Assembly: GCA_944363705.1 (NCBI GenBank)
Contig: CALVUY010000001.1
Span: 1 to 59,914 of the forward strand
Direction of reading: 5' to 3'
Source: an uncultured Bacilli bacterium
GTDB taxonomy: Bacteria; Bacillota_I; Bacilli_A; RF39; UBA660
DNA: 59,914 nucleotides
The position numbers and the translations under genes are program-made. Numbering within the stretch: position 1 is the first letter of the stretch; the number at the start of each line of letters is the position of its first letter. Of this stretch, positions 8,326 through 16,136 are shown one piece after another. A model generated the notes under the pieces. The model saw nothing but the letters and a program-made list of their open reading frames with translations, was not told where the DNA came from and did not search any database.

Positions 8326-9186
8326 ATGGATATTTATGAAAGTAAATTTAGAAATTTTATTCCAAGTAGTTTCTTTATTAAACATTATTATTATAAATTT
8401 ATGGGAAAAAAATTAAATTTGCATAATCCAAAAACTTTTCAAGAAAAACTCAATTGGTTAAAATTGAATTATTATGTTCCTATTATGTCTCAAGTAGTAG
8501 ATAAGTATGCTGTTAGAAGTTACGTTAAAGACAGGATTGGTAAAAAGTATTTAATTCCTTTAATTGGTGTATATGATAAATTTGATGATATTGATTTTAA
8601 TAAATTGCCAAATCAGTTTGTTATGAAATGTAATCATGATAGTGGTAGTTATATTATTTGTGAAGATAAAAATAAGTTAGATATAAATGCTGCTAAAGAA
8701 AAGATTAATTATCATATGTCTAAAAATTATTATTATCAATGGAGAGAAAAGCCTTATAAGAAAGTAAATCCTAAAATAATTATTGAAAAATATATGTGTG
8801 ATAAGGCAACTAATAGTTTTGATGATTACAAATTTATGTGTTTTGATGGGATTGTGGATAGTGTTATGGTTTGCACCGATAGGAAAAGTGGACATACTAA
8901 GTTTAGATTTTTTGATAGGGATTGGAATTTAAAGAAATATAATAAGTCTTCTTTAAATGATGCTCCTAATACTTATTATCCTAAACCTAAACGAATAAAA
9001 GAAATGTTTGAAATAGCATCTAAGTTGTCAAAGGGATTTCCTTTTGTGAGGGTTGATTTGTATTGTGCTAATAATAAAATATATTTTGGGGAATTAACCT
9101 TTTTCCCACAAGCAGGTTGGGATCCTAATATTGTAGAAGAGGCAGATAAATTATTAGGGGATAAATTAAATATAAAGAAAAAATAA
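8326..9186 (+). CDS. TupA-like ATP-grasp amidoligase
   Basis: 286 aa. NLHNPKTFQEKLNWLKL, VDKYAVRSYV, FDDIDFNKLPNQFVMKCNHDSG and DYKFMCFDG are the characteristic ATPgrasp_TupA sequence blocks. Confidence 0.75.
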   Translation: MDIYESKFRNFIPSSFFIKHYYYKFMGKKLNLHNPKTFQEKLNWLKLNYYVPIMSQVVDKYAVRSYVKDRIGKKYLIPLIGVYDKFDDIDFNKLPNQFVMKCNHDSGSYIICEDKNKLDINAAKEKINYHMSKNYYYQWREKPYKKVNPKIIIEKYMCDKATNSFDDYKFMCFDGIVDSVMVCTDRKSGHTKFRFFDRDWNLKKYNKSSLNDAPNTYYPKPKRIKEMFEIASKLSKGFPFVRVDLYCANNKIYFGELTFFPQAGWDPNIVEEADKLLGDKLNIKKK

Positions 9187-9199
9187 ATTACTAGTTTTT

Positions 9200-9226
9200 G
9201 ATTGGTAAAATATGTCAAGTTTTTTT
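9200..9226 (+). terminator. conserved terminator hairpin, copy D (degenerate: TTGGTAAAATATGTCAA + T7)
   Basis: 6-bp stem with two G-U pairs, then a T7 run at 9220-9226. Confidence 0.5.
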
Positions 9227-9283
9227 CTTTTCACTTTTCAGTAGTTTGATTTGATGTTATACTCATATTGATGTAAAGAGGGG

Positions 9284-10099
9284 ATGTTGATGGGTAATAA
9301 GACTTCTAAGAAAAGAAAAAAGAAAAAATATAGTACAAGAATTGAGAAAAATAAAAATATATACTATAAAAACAATTCTGTACTATCTAAAAAAGATAAT
9401 AAAAAACAGTTATTAGTATTGATTTTGGTAATTAGTATAATATTAAACAGTGTTTTATTACTAGTAATTAATAGTAAAAATAGTTCTATCAATAAATTAA
9501 ATGATAGTTTAGAAGAAGAAAAGAGTAGTTATGATAAAGAAATAAAAACTATGACAGATAATTATCATAACTATTTATTTTTAGGCGATTCTATTACGGA
9601 ATTCTATGATTTAGATAAATATTTTCCTAACATGCCGGTTGTGAATAGTGGAATATCAGGTAATACTACAGAAGATATTTTAAATGATATGAAAAATAGA
9701 GTTTACAATTATAATCCATCCAAGATTTTTCTTTTAATAGGGACTAATGATTTAAGAGATGAAAAAAGTGTGGATGAAGTAGTTGACAATATAAAGAAAA
9801 TTATAGAGGAAATTAAGATAAATAGAAAAGGAGCCGAAGTGTATTTAGAGAGTATTTATCCTGTTAATGAAAAAATCAATAAAAAGGTAGTTGAGTTAAG
9901 AAATAATCCAGATATTAATGAAATAAATGATAAAATAAAAAAATATTCTGAAGAAGAAAATATAACATATATTGATTTGCACAAAAAGTTAATTAACGAT
10001 GAGGGGGACCTAGATAAAAAATATACAAAAGACGGTTTGCATTTAAATGAAGAGGGGTATAAAGTTGTTACAGAAGAATTAATGAAATATTTGAAATAG
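9284..10099 (+). CDS. membrane-anchored SGNH/GDSL hydrolase (putative glycan O-acetyl esterase/transferase domain)
   Basis: 271 aa. Basic N-terminus plus one TM helix. SGNH blocks GDSITE, GISGNTT, GTNDL and DGLHLN. Alternative start at 9290. Confidence 0.75.
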   Translation: MLMGNKTSKKRKKKKYSTRIEKNKNIYYKNNSVLSKKDNKKQLLVLILVISIILNSVLLLVINSKNSSINKLNDSLEEEKSSYDKEIKTMTDNYHNYLFLGDSITEFYDLDKYFPNMPVVNSGISGNTTEDILNDMKNRVYNYNPSKIFLLIGTNDLRDEKSVDEVVDNIKKIIEEIKINRKGAEVYLESIYPVNEKINKKVVELRNNPDINEINDKIKKYSEEENITYIDLHKKLINDEGDLDKKYTKDGLHLNEEGYKVVTEELMKYLK

Positions 10100-10184
10100 T
10101 AAATTAATTTAAATTAGTATATAGATTTTATAGTAAAGTTTTTGCTATAATTATAATAACAAAAAGGTAGGAGGAATTTGTTTT

Positions 10185-13100
10185 ATGAAAAAGTTTGGAT
10201 ACATTATAGTACTTGTTTTATCAATTTTTATTTTTAAAGCATTTTATCAAGTAAATGCGTCACAATTTACTACAATGCTAGAAATAGATAGCCCATATAG
10301 TAATCAACCAGTAATGGGAGAATTATATTTTAGAGGTTGGGTAATGAGTGAAGATGAAAATCATAAAGTTAAGATATTAATAGATGGAAAAGAAATAGAA
10401 GATAGTTTAATAAAAAGGGTAGAAAGAGAAGATGTTTTAAATGCGATAGAAGGTTATGGGGGAAGAGAAAAGAATAAGACTCCAGGATATGAAGGCAGTG
10501 TAGATGTAAGTGGTTTAAGCCTTGGAACACATCAATATAAAGTAGAAGTAGTATCAAATGAGGGGGTAGTAATAGGAGAAAAACTAAGTAGTTTTACTAT
10601 AAAAAATTATGGAGGTAAAATACAAATAGATGAACCAACTTGGGGAAAGAAAGTAAAAACTTCATTAGAGTATGATGGTTGGGTAATGAGTGAAGATCCA
10701 AATAGTGAAGTAGAAATATATATAGATGGAGAAAAACAAGACGAGGTAAAAAGATACGAAAGAGAAGATGTCTTAAGTGCAATAAAAGATTATGGGGGAA
10801 GGCAAACAAATAAAAAGCCAGGATTTAAAGGAACAATAGATACAAGTGGATTAAAAGATGGAAGTCATACAATAACAGTAAAATTAGTTTCAGGAACTGG
10901 TAAAGTAATAAGTGAATTATCAACACAGTTTGAAGTACATAAATATGATGTAATGATGGATATAGATAGCCCATATAGTAATCAACCAGTAATGGGAGAA
11001 TTATATTTTAGAGGTTGGGTAATGAGTGAAGATGAAAATCATAAAGTTAAGATATTAATAGATGGAAAAGAAATAGAAGATAGTTTAATAAAAAGGGTAG
11101 AAAGAGAAGATGTTTTAAATGCGATAGAAGGTTATGGGGGAAGAGAAAAGAATAAGACTCCAGGATATGAAGGCAGTGTAGATGTAAGTGGTTTAAGCCT
11201 TGGAACACATCAATATAAAGTAGAAGTAGTATCAAATGAGGGGGTAGTAATAGGAGAAAAACTAAGTAGTTTTACTATAAAAAATTATGGAGGTAAAATA
11301 CAAATAGATGAACCAACTTGGGGAAAGAAAGTAAAAACTTCATTAGAGTATGATGGTTGGGTAATGAGTGAAGATCCAAATAGTGAAGTAGAAATATATA
11401 TAGATGGAGAAAAACAAGACGAGGTAAAAAGATACGAAAGAGAAGATGTCTTAAGTGCAATAAAAGATTATGGGGGAAGGCAAACAAATAAAAAGCCAGG
11501 ATTTAAAGGAACAATAGATACAAGTGGATTAAAAGATGGAAGTCATACAATAACAGTAAAATTAGTTTCAGGAACTGGTAAAGTAATAAGTGAATTATCA
11601 ACACAGTTTGAAGTACATAAATATGATACAAAATTTGATTTAGACAACTTCCCATCTGATTATTTAGATAAAGAAGATATATATATTAGAGGCTGGGTAA
11701 TGAGTGAAGATGAAAATCATAAAGTTAAAATATTAATAGATGGAAAAGAAATAGATGAAAGTCTAATAAAAAGAGTAGAAAGAGAAGATGTTTTAAATGC
11801 GATAGAAGGTTATGGGGGAAGAGAAAAAAATAAAACACCAGGATTTGAAAGTACTATTGATATTAATAGTCTAACAGAAGGAAGTCATAGTATAGCAATT
11901 GAAGTTATTACCCCCAATACTAATGAAATATTATCTAGTTATTCGAAAACTATACTTATAAAGAGATTTGCTACCAAAATAGAAATAGATTCACCTATGG
12001 ATTCACAGACTAAAAAAACATCTATTGATATTCAAGGCTGGATAATGAGTGAAGATGCTAATGGAAGATTAGAATTATATATAGATGATACCAAAATAGA
12101 TGATAGTTCTATTGAAAGATATGAAAGAGAAGATGTCTTAAATGCAATAGAAGGTTATGGAGGAAGAGAAACTAATAAGTTACCAGGATATCGGACTACT
12201 TTTGACTCAAGTAATATGAAAGATGGGTTACATAAATTTACAGTTAAATATATTTCTAGTGAGTCAGATAAAATAGTTTCAACTGTATCAAGTGAATTTT
12301 ATATAAAAAAGTATGATGGAATGGTATATTTAGATTCACCAATTTCTAACAATTTTAATGATTCAGTTAAAGTCAGTGGTTGGGGAATGTCAGAGTTAGA
12401 TGGCTCATATATTAAAGTTTATATAGATGATTATGAAACTCCTACAAATATTATAAGAACAGAACGTTCAGAGATTATAGATGCTTATGGTGATAAATAT
12501 GGTGGTATAGAAATAAATCCATTACCAGGATTTGAAGGAGATGTTGACCTATCTGCTATTAGTGAAGGTAGACATATAATTAATATAAGACTTTATACAA
12601 AATTAAATGAGCTTATAGATAGTACTTCTAAAGAAATATTTGTTTATAAGAATAAGTTTTTTGGAATTGATGTATCATCACACAATACAATAGTAGACTG
12701 GAATTCTGTTAAAAATAATGGCTATAGCTATGCAATGATTAGAGCTGGAGTTAGAGGATATGGTATTAATAGTCAAGGAATAGATGGAAATTTATTAGCA
12801 GATGAAGATTTTTATAATAATGTAAGAGGGGCTACTTCGGCAGGTATGAAAGTAGGGGCCTATGTTTTTTCCCAAGCTATAAATGAACAAGAAGCAATTG
12901 AAGAAGCTAATCTTGTAATAAGCATGGTAAATGCAGCTGGTGGTAAAAACACTTTTGCAATGCCAATTGTTTTTGATAGTGAATTTTCTAGTTGTAAAGT
13001 TAATGGAGTTAGATGTGGTAGAGCTGATGGTTTATCAAAAGAGCAAAGGACTAATATTGCCATTGCATTTCTTGAGACTGTTAGAAATGCCGGATATACT

Positions 13101-13304
13101 CCAATGATATATGCAAGTTCTAGTTTTCTTAAAGATCAACTTGATATGGGTAGACTAACAAATTATGAAGTCTGGGTTGCTCATTATGGTGTTTCTGCAC
13201 CTTCCTATAATGGTTCTTATCAAATGTGGCAATTTACTTCTACTGGTAGTGTACCTGGTATTAGTGGTAATGTTGATTTAAACGAAATATATAAGCAATA
13301 TTGA
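10185..13304 (+). CDS. secreted GH25 muramidase (lysozyme) with seven N-terminal ~113-aa repeat domains
   Basis: 1039 aa. Signal peptide (MKKFGYIIVLVLSIFIFKAFYQVNA). Seven repeats each carry a GW.MSE... (E/Y)ERED(V/I)L.AI..YGG ... PG(Y/F) pattern. C-terminal FFGIDVSSHN...MWQFTSTGSVPGISGNVDLN is a typical GH25 domain. Confidence 0.85.
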   Translation: MKKFGYIIVLVLSIFIFKAFYQVNASQFTTMLEIDSPYSNQPVMGELYFRGWVMSEDENHKVKILIDGKEIEDSLIKRVEREDVLNAIEGYGGREKNKTPGYEGSVDVSGLSLGTHQYKVEVVSNEGVVIGEKLSSFTIKNYGGKIQIDEPTWGKKVKTSLEYDGWVMSEDPNSEVEIYIDGEKQDEVKRYEREDVLSAIKDYGGRQTNKKPGFKGTIDTSGLKDGSHTITVKLVSGTGKVISELSTQFEVHKYDVMMDIDSPYSNQPVMGELYFRGWVMSEDENHKVKILIDGKEIEDSLIKRVEREDVLNAIEGYGGREKNKTPGYEGSVDVSGLSLGTHQYKVEVVSNEGVVIGEKLSSFTIKNYGGKIQIDEPTWGKKVKTSLEYDGWVMSEDPNSEVEIYIDGEKQDEVKRYEREDVLSAIKDYGGRQTNKKPGFKGTIDTSGLKDGSHTITVKLVSGTGKVISELSTQFEVHKYDTKFDLDNFPSDYLDKEDIYIRGWVMSEDENHKVKILIDGKEIDESLIKRVEREDVLNAIEGYGGREKNKTPGFESTIDINSLTEGSHSIAIEVITPNTNEILSSYSKTILIKRFATKIEIDSPMDSQTKKTSIDIQGWIMSEDANGRLELYIDDTKIDDSSIERYEREDVLNAIEGYGGRETNKLPGYRTTFDSSNMKDGLHKFTVKYISSESDKIVSTVSSEFYIKKYDGMVYLDSPISNNFNDSVKVSGWGMSELDGSYIKVYIDDYETPTNIIRTERSEIIDAYGDKYGGIEINPLPGFEGDVDLSAISEGRHIINIRLYTKLNELIDSTSKEIFVYKNKFFGIDVSSHNTIVDWNSVKNNGYSYAMIRAGVRGYGINSQGIDGNLLADEDFYNNVRGATSAGMKVGAYVFSQAINEQEAIEEANLVISMVNAAGGKNTFAMPIVFDSEFSSCKVNGVRCGRADGLSKEQRTNIAIAFLETVRNAGYTPMIYASSSFLKDQLDMGRLTNYEVWVAHYGVSAPSYNGSYQMWQFTSTGSVPGISGNVDLNEIYKQY
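10272..12650 (+). repeat. in-frame array of seven ~339-bp (113-aa) domain repeats (approximate bounds)
   Basis: The motif R.ERED(V)L.AI..YGG occurs seven times in the translation. The last copy is diverged (RTERSEIIDAYGDKYGG). Confidence 0.7.
10284..11627 (+). repeat. tandem duplication with 678-bp period (10284-10949 = 10962-11627)
   Basis: The spurious antisense ORFs 10369..10557 / 11047..11235 and 10597..10809 / 11275..11487 are identical and offset by exactly 678 bp. The protein segments are identical. Identity breaks at 10283/10961 and at 10950/11628. Confidence 0.9.
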
Positions 13305-13318
13305 TTTATAAATTAAAG

Positions 13319-13354
13319 GACAAGTAGATTTTAAAGTTCTATTTGTCTTTATTT
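13319..13354 (+). terminator. rho-independent terminator after the GH25 gene
   Basis: GACAAGTAGA / TCTATTTGTC forms a 10-bp stem (one G-U) with a 9-nt loop, followed by TTTATTT. Confidence 0.7.
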
Positions 13355-13395
13355 GTGAAAATTTAGTATCCATATTTTACTTCTTTAATTATATT

Positions 13396-13404
13396 TGATA
13401 TAAT
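13396..13404 (+). promoter_or_regulatory. extended -10 element (TGATATAAT)
   Basis: TGnTATAAT match about 24 nt upstream of the 13428 start. Confidence 0.4.
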
Positions 13405-13427
13405 TGTTTTGAGAAAGAGGAACAAAA

Positions 13428-14462
13428 ATGAAAAATAAAGTGTGTGTCTATACCTGCATTACTGGTAATTATGATGATTTAAAAGATGTTGAAGTAGAAG
13501 AAGGAATAGATTATATTTGCTTTACAAATAATAAAGATATTTCTTCTAATACTTGGCAAGTTATTTATATTGATGATAAACTATCTAATATTGAACTAGC
13601 CAGAAAAATAAAGATACTTGGGCATCCTATGGTTAACAATTATGATATTTTGTTGTGGATGGATGGTGCTATTAAATTTAAAAAGAAAATAAAAGAATTT
13701 ATTGAATTTTATTTGGGCTTTGATGATGTATTTGTTGCTTTTAAACATAGTAAAAGAAGTACTATAAAAGAAGAAGCAGAGGCATGTATAGCTCATAATA
13801 AAGAAAAACCTATAAGAACGAAAAAATTATTTGATTTTTATAAAAAAGAAAAATATCCTAATAATAATGGACTTATTGAAAGTACAGTATATATTAAAAG
13901 ACCTAAAGAGAGAATAGTGCAAGAAACAATGAAATTATGGTTTTCTATGATTATTAATTATTCAACAAGGGATCAATTATCATTCAATTATTGTATTTAT
14001 AAAACAGGTATGAAAGTAAAGTGGATTAATGATAGCGTTTTCTCTAATGAGTGGTTTTTATGGATTAGACATAATAGTGATATTTTTAATAATAAATATA
14101 AAATATATTTTGATTATGGCAATGGCTTTGAAGAAAAAAATAGTATAGAAAAAAGTTATGGGAATTTAGATGAAAAGAAAGAAATAGTTATTGATATCCC
14201 TCAGAAAGTAAAAAACATAAGAATTGATCCCACAGATTGTTATTTTATGCATTTAGAAAATATGAAAATTAGTGATACGGATTTAAAAAGCTGTTATTTT
14301 CAAAATATTATCATGATGGGTAAGGTTTATTGTTTTCTTAATGATGATCCATATATCGTTATAGGAAATAATAATTTTAAAACTTTAAAAATAAATTTTG
14401 AATTATATGAAAATGATGGTGAATTTAATAAAAAAATGATAAAAAAATTAGTGCTTTATTAA
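13428..14462 (+). CDS. DUF616 (TOD1/MUCI70-type) glycosyltransferase-like protein, C-terminally truncated by a frame break
   Basis: 344 aa. VCVYTCITGNYDDLKDV...IDYICFTNN is the DUF616 signature. It is a paralog of 32208..33359 but lacks that protein's C-terminal STSWKVTKPLR motif in frame. Confidence 0.75.
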   Translation: MKNKVCVYTCITGNYDDLKDVEVEEGIDYICFTNNKDISSNTWQVIYIDDKLSNIELARKIKILGHPMVNNYDILLWMDGAIKFKKKIKEFIEFYLGFDDVFVAFKHSKRSTIKEEAEACIAHNKEKPIRTKKLFDFYKKEKYPNNNGLIESTVYIKRPKERIVQETMKLWFSMIINYSTRDQLSFNYCIYKTGMKVKWINDSVFSNEWFLWIRHNSDIFNNKYKIYFDYGNGFEEKNSIEKSYGNLDEKKEIVIDIPQKVKNIRIDPTDCYFMHLENMKISDTDLKSCYFQNIIMMGKVYCFLNDDPYIVIGNNNFKTLKINFELYENDGEFNKKMIKKLVLY

Positions 14463-14617
14463 ACGATTATTCTGATAAAATAACAAGCCTAAATAAGAAT
14501 TTAGAACAAAAAGATACAGAAATAGCTAAGTTAAATTGTGATATAAGAAAGATTTACGAAAGTACGAGTTGGAAAATAACTAAACCATTAAGGTGTTTGA
14601 AAGAGAAGGTGAAGTAA
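14432..14617 (+). other. out-of-frame (-1) continuation of the DUF616 gene encoding the missing C-terminus
   Basis: The frame is open from 14432: KNDKKISALLNDYSDKITSLNKNLEQKDTEIAKLNCDIRKIYESTSWKITKPLRCLKEKVK-stop. It matches the paralog tail LEKILNSTSWKVTKPLRYLSSKLRK. Two A7 runs (14430-14436, 14441-14447) lie in the overlap. Confidence 0.75.
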
Positions 14618-15355
14618 ATGAAAAGTAGTAATATTGCTATTAAAGTAGAAAATATGACCAAATCATTTAAATTATTTTATGATAAACCTAATACTTTAAA
14701 AGAAAGATTGGTATTTTGGAATAGAAAAAAAGCAGATACTAGGACAGTTTTGGATAATATAAATATTGAAATAAAAAAGGGTGATACTGTTGCCTTAATA
14801 GGAACGAATGGTAGTGGGAAATCAACACTATTAAAATTAATGACTAAGATAATTTATCCTACTTTTGGAAAAATTACGGTTAATGGTAAATTAACTTCAT
14901 TATTAGAGCTTGGTGCCGGTTTTCATCCTGATTTTACTGGAAGAGAGAATATTTATTTTAATTCTTCTATTTTTGGCTTAACTGCAGCTGAAATTGATAA
15001 GAGAGTTGATAAAATTATAGAGTTTTCTGAGTTAGAGGAATTTATTGATAGCCCTGTTAGAACTTATTCTTCCGGAATGTATATGCGTTTAGCATTTTCT
15101 ATAGCAATTAATGTTGATGCAGATATTTTATTGATTGATGAAATATTAGCAGTTGGAGATCAACATTTTCAAGAAAAATGTTATAAAAAATTACAACAAT
15201 TAAAAGATAATAAAAAAACTATTGTAATTGTTAGTCATAGTTTAGATTCAGTAAAGAAGCTTTGTGATAGAGCAATATGGCTATATGACGGTAAAATAAA
15301 AATGGATGGTAATACATCCGAAGTGATAGAAGAATATTTAAAAAAATGTGGGTAG
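14618..15355 (+). CDS. polysaccharide/teichoic-acid export ABC transporter ATP-binding protein (Wzt/TagH/RgpD-like)
   Basis: 245 aa. Walker A GTNGSGKST, signature YSSGMYMRL, Walker B LLIDE. Confidence 0.85.
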   Translation: MKSSNIAIKVENMTKSFKLFYDKPNTLKERLVFWNRKKADTRTVLDNINIEIKKGDTVALIGTNGSGKSTLLKLMTKIIYPTFGKITVNGKLTSLLELGAGFHPDFTGRENIYFNSSIFGLTAAEIDKRVDKIIEFSELEEFIDSPVRTYSSGMYMRLAFSIAINVDADILLIDEILAVGDQHFQEKCYKKLQQLKDNKKTIVIVSHSLDSVKKLCDRAIWLYDGKIKMDGNTSEVIEEYLKKCG

Positions 15356-16135
15356 GTGTTTTATATGTTGAAAAATTTATATCAATATAGACAATTATTA
15401 AAAAGTAATGTACAAAAAGAAATAAGAGGTAAATATAAAGGTTCATTTTTAGGAGTGCTTTGGTCTTTTGTCAATCCTTTATTGCAGGTTTTAGTTTATG
15501 CCTTAGTTTTTCCTTTTATAATGAAGAACACTCAGGAAAATTATGTTGTTTTTCTTATTATTGGAATACTTCCATGGACATGGTTTGTAACTTCTATTTC
15601 TCAAGGAACATCTTGTATATTAGCTAATGCAGGAATTATTAAGAAAGTTTATTTTCCTAGAGAAATACTACCGATTTCTGTAGTAACTAGTGGGTTAGTT
15701 AATTTTCTAATATCATGTATTATTATTGTTATATTCTTACTATTAAGTGGTATAGGTTTTAGTATAAATTTAATATTTATTCCTATTATAATTATTATTC
15801 AATACATTTTATCTTTAGGAATTTTATTAATAACTAGTTCTATAAATGTTTATATCCGTGATGCTGAATATATAATTAACTTTTTAGTTAATATGTTGTT
15901 TTATGCTACACCTATTCTTTATTCACCTGAAATATTTGTTAATACGCCAATTAATTTTATCTTTAAATTAAACCCGTTGTCAGTAATAATAACAGCTTAT
16001 AGAGATATATTTTTCTATAAAACATTACCAGACTTTCTTTCCTTGTTTGTCGTATTTATTTTAAGTTTATTAATTTTATTTATTGGTATCTTAATCTTTA
16101 GAAAACTTGAAAAAGGCTTTGCAGAGGAGGTTTAA
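15356..16135 (+). CDS. ABC-2 type polysaccharide export permease (Wzm/TagG/RgpC-like)
   Basis: 259 aa with about 6 TM helices. The N-terminal block (RGKYKGSFLGVLWSFVNPLLQ) is typical of ABC-2 permeases. The start may be ATG 15365 rather than GTG 15356. Confidence 0.85.
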   Translation: MFYMLKNLYQYRQLLKSNVQKEIRGKYKGSFLGVLWSFVNPLLQVLVYALVFPFIMKNTQENYVVFLIIGILPWTWFVTSISQGTSCILANAGIIKKVYFPREILPISVVTSGLVNFLISCIIIVIFLLLSGIGFSINLIFIPIIIIIQYILSLGILLITSSINVYIRDAEYIINFLVNMLFYATPILYSPEIFVNTPINFIFKLNPLSVIITAYRDIFFYKTLPDFLSLFVVFILSLLILFIGILIFRKLEKGFAEEV

Positions 16136-16136
16136 T

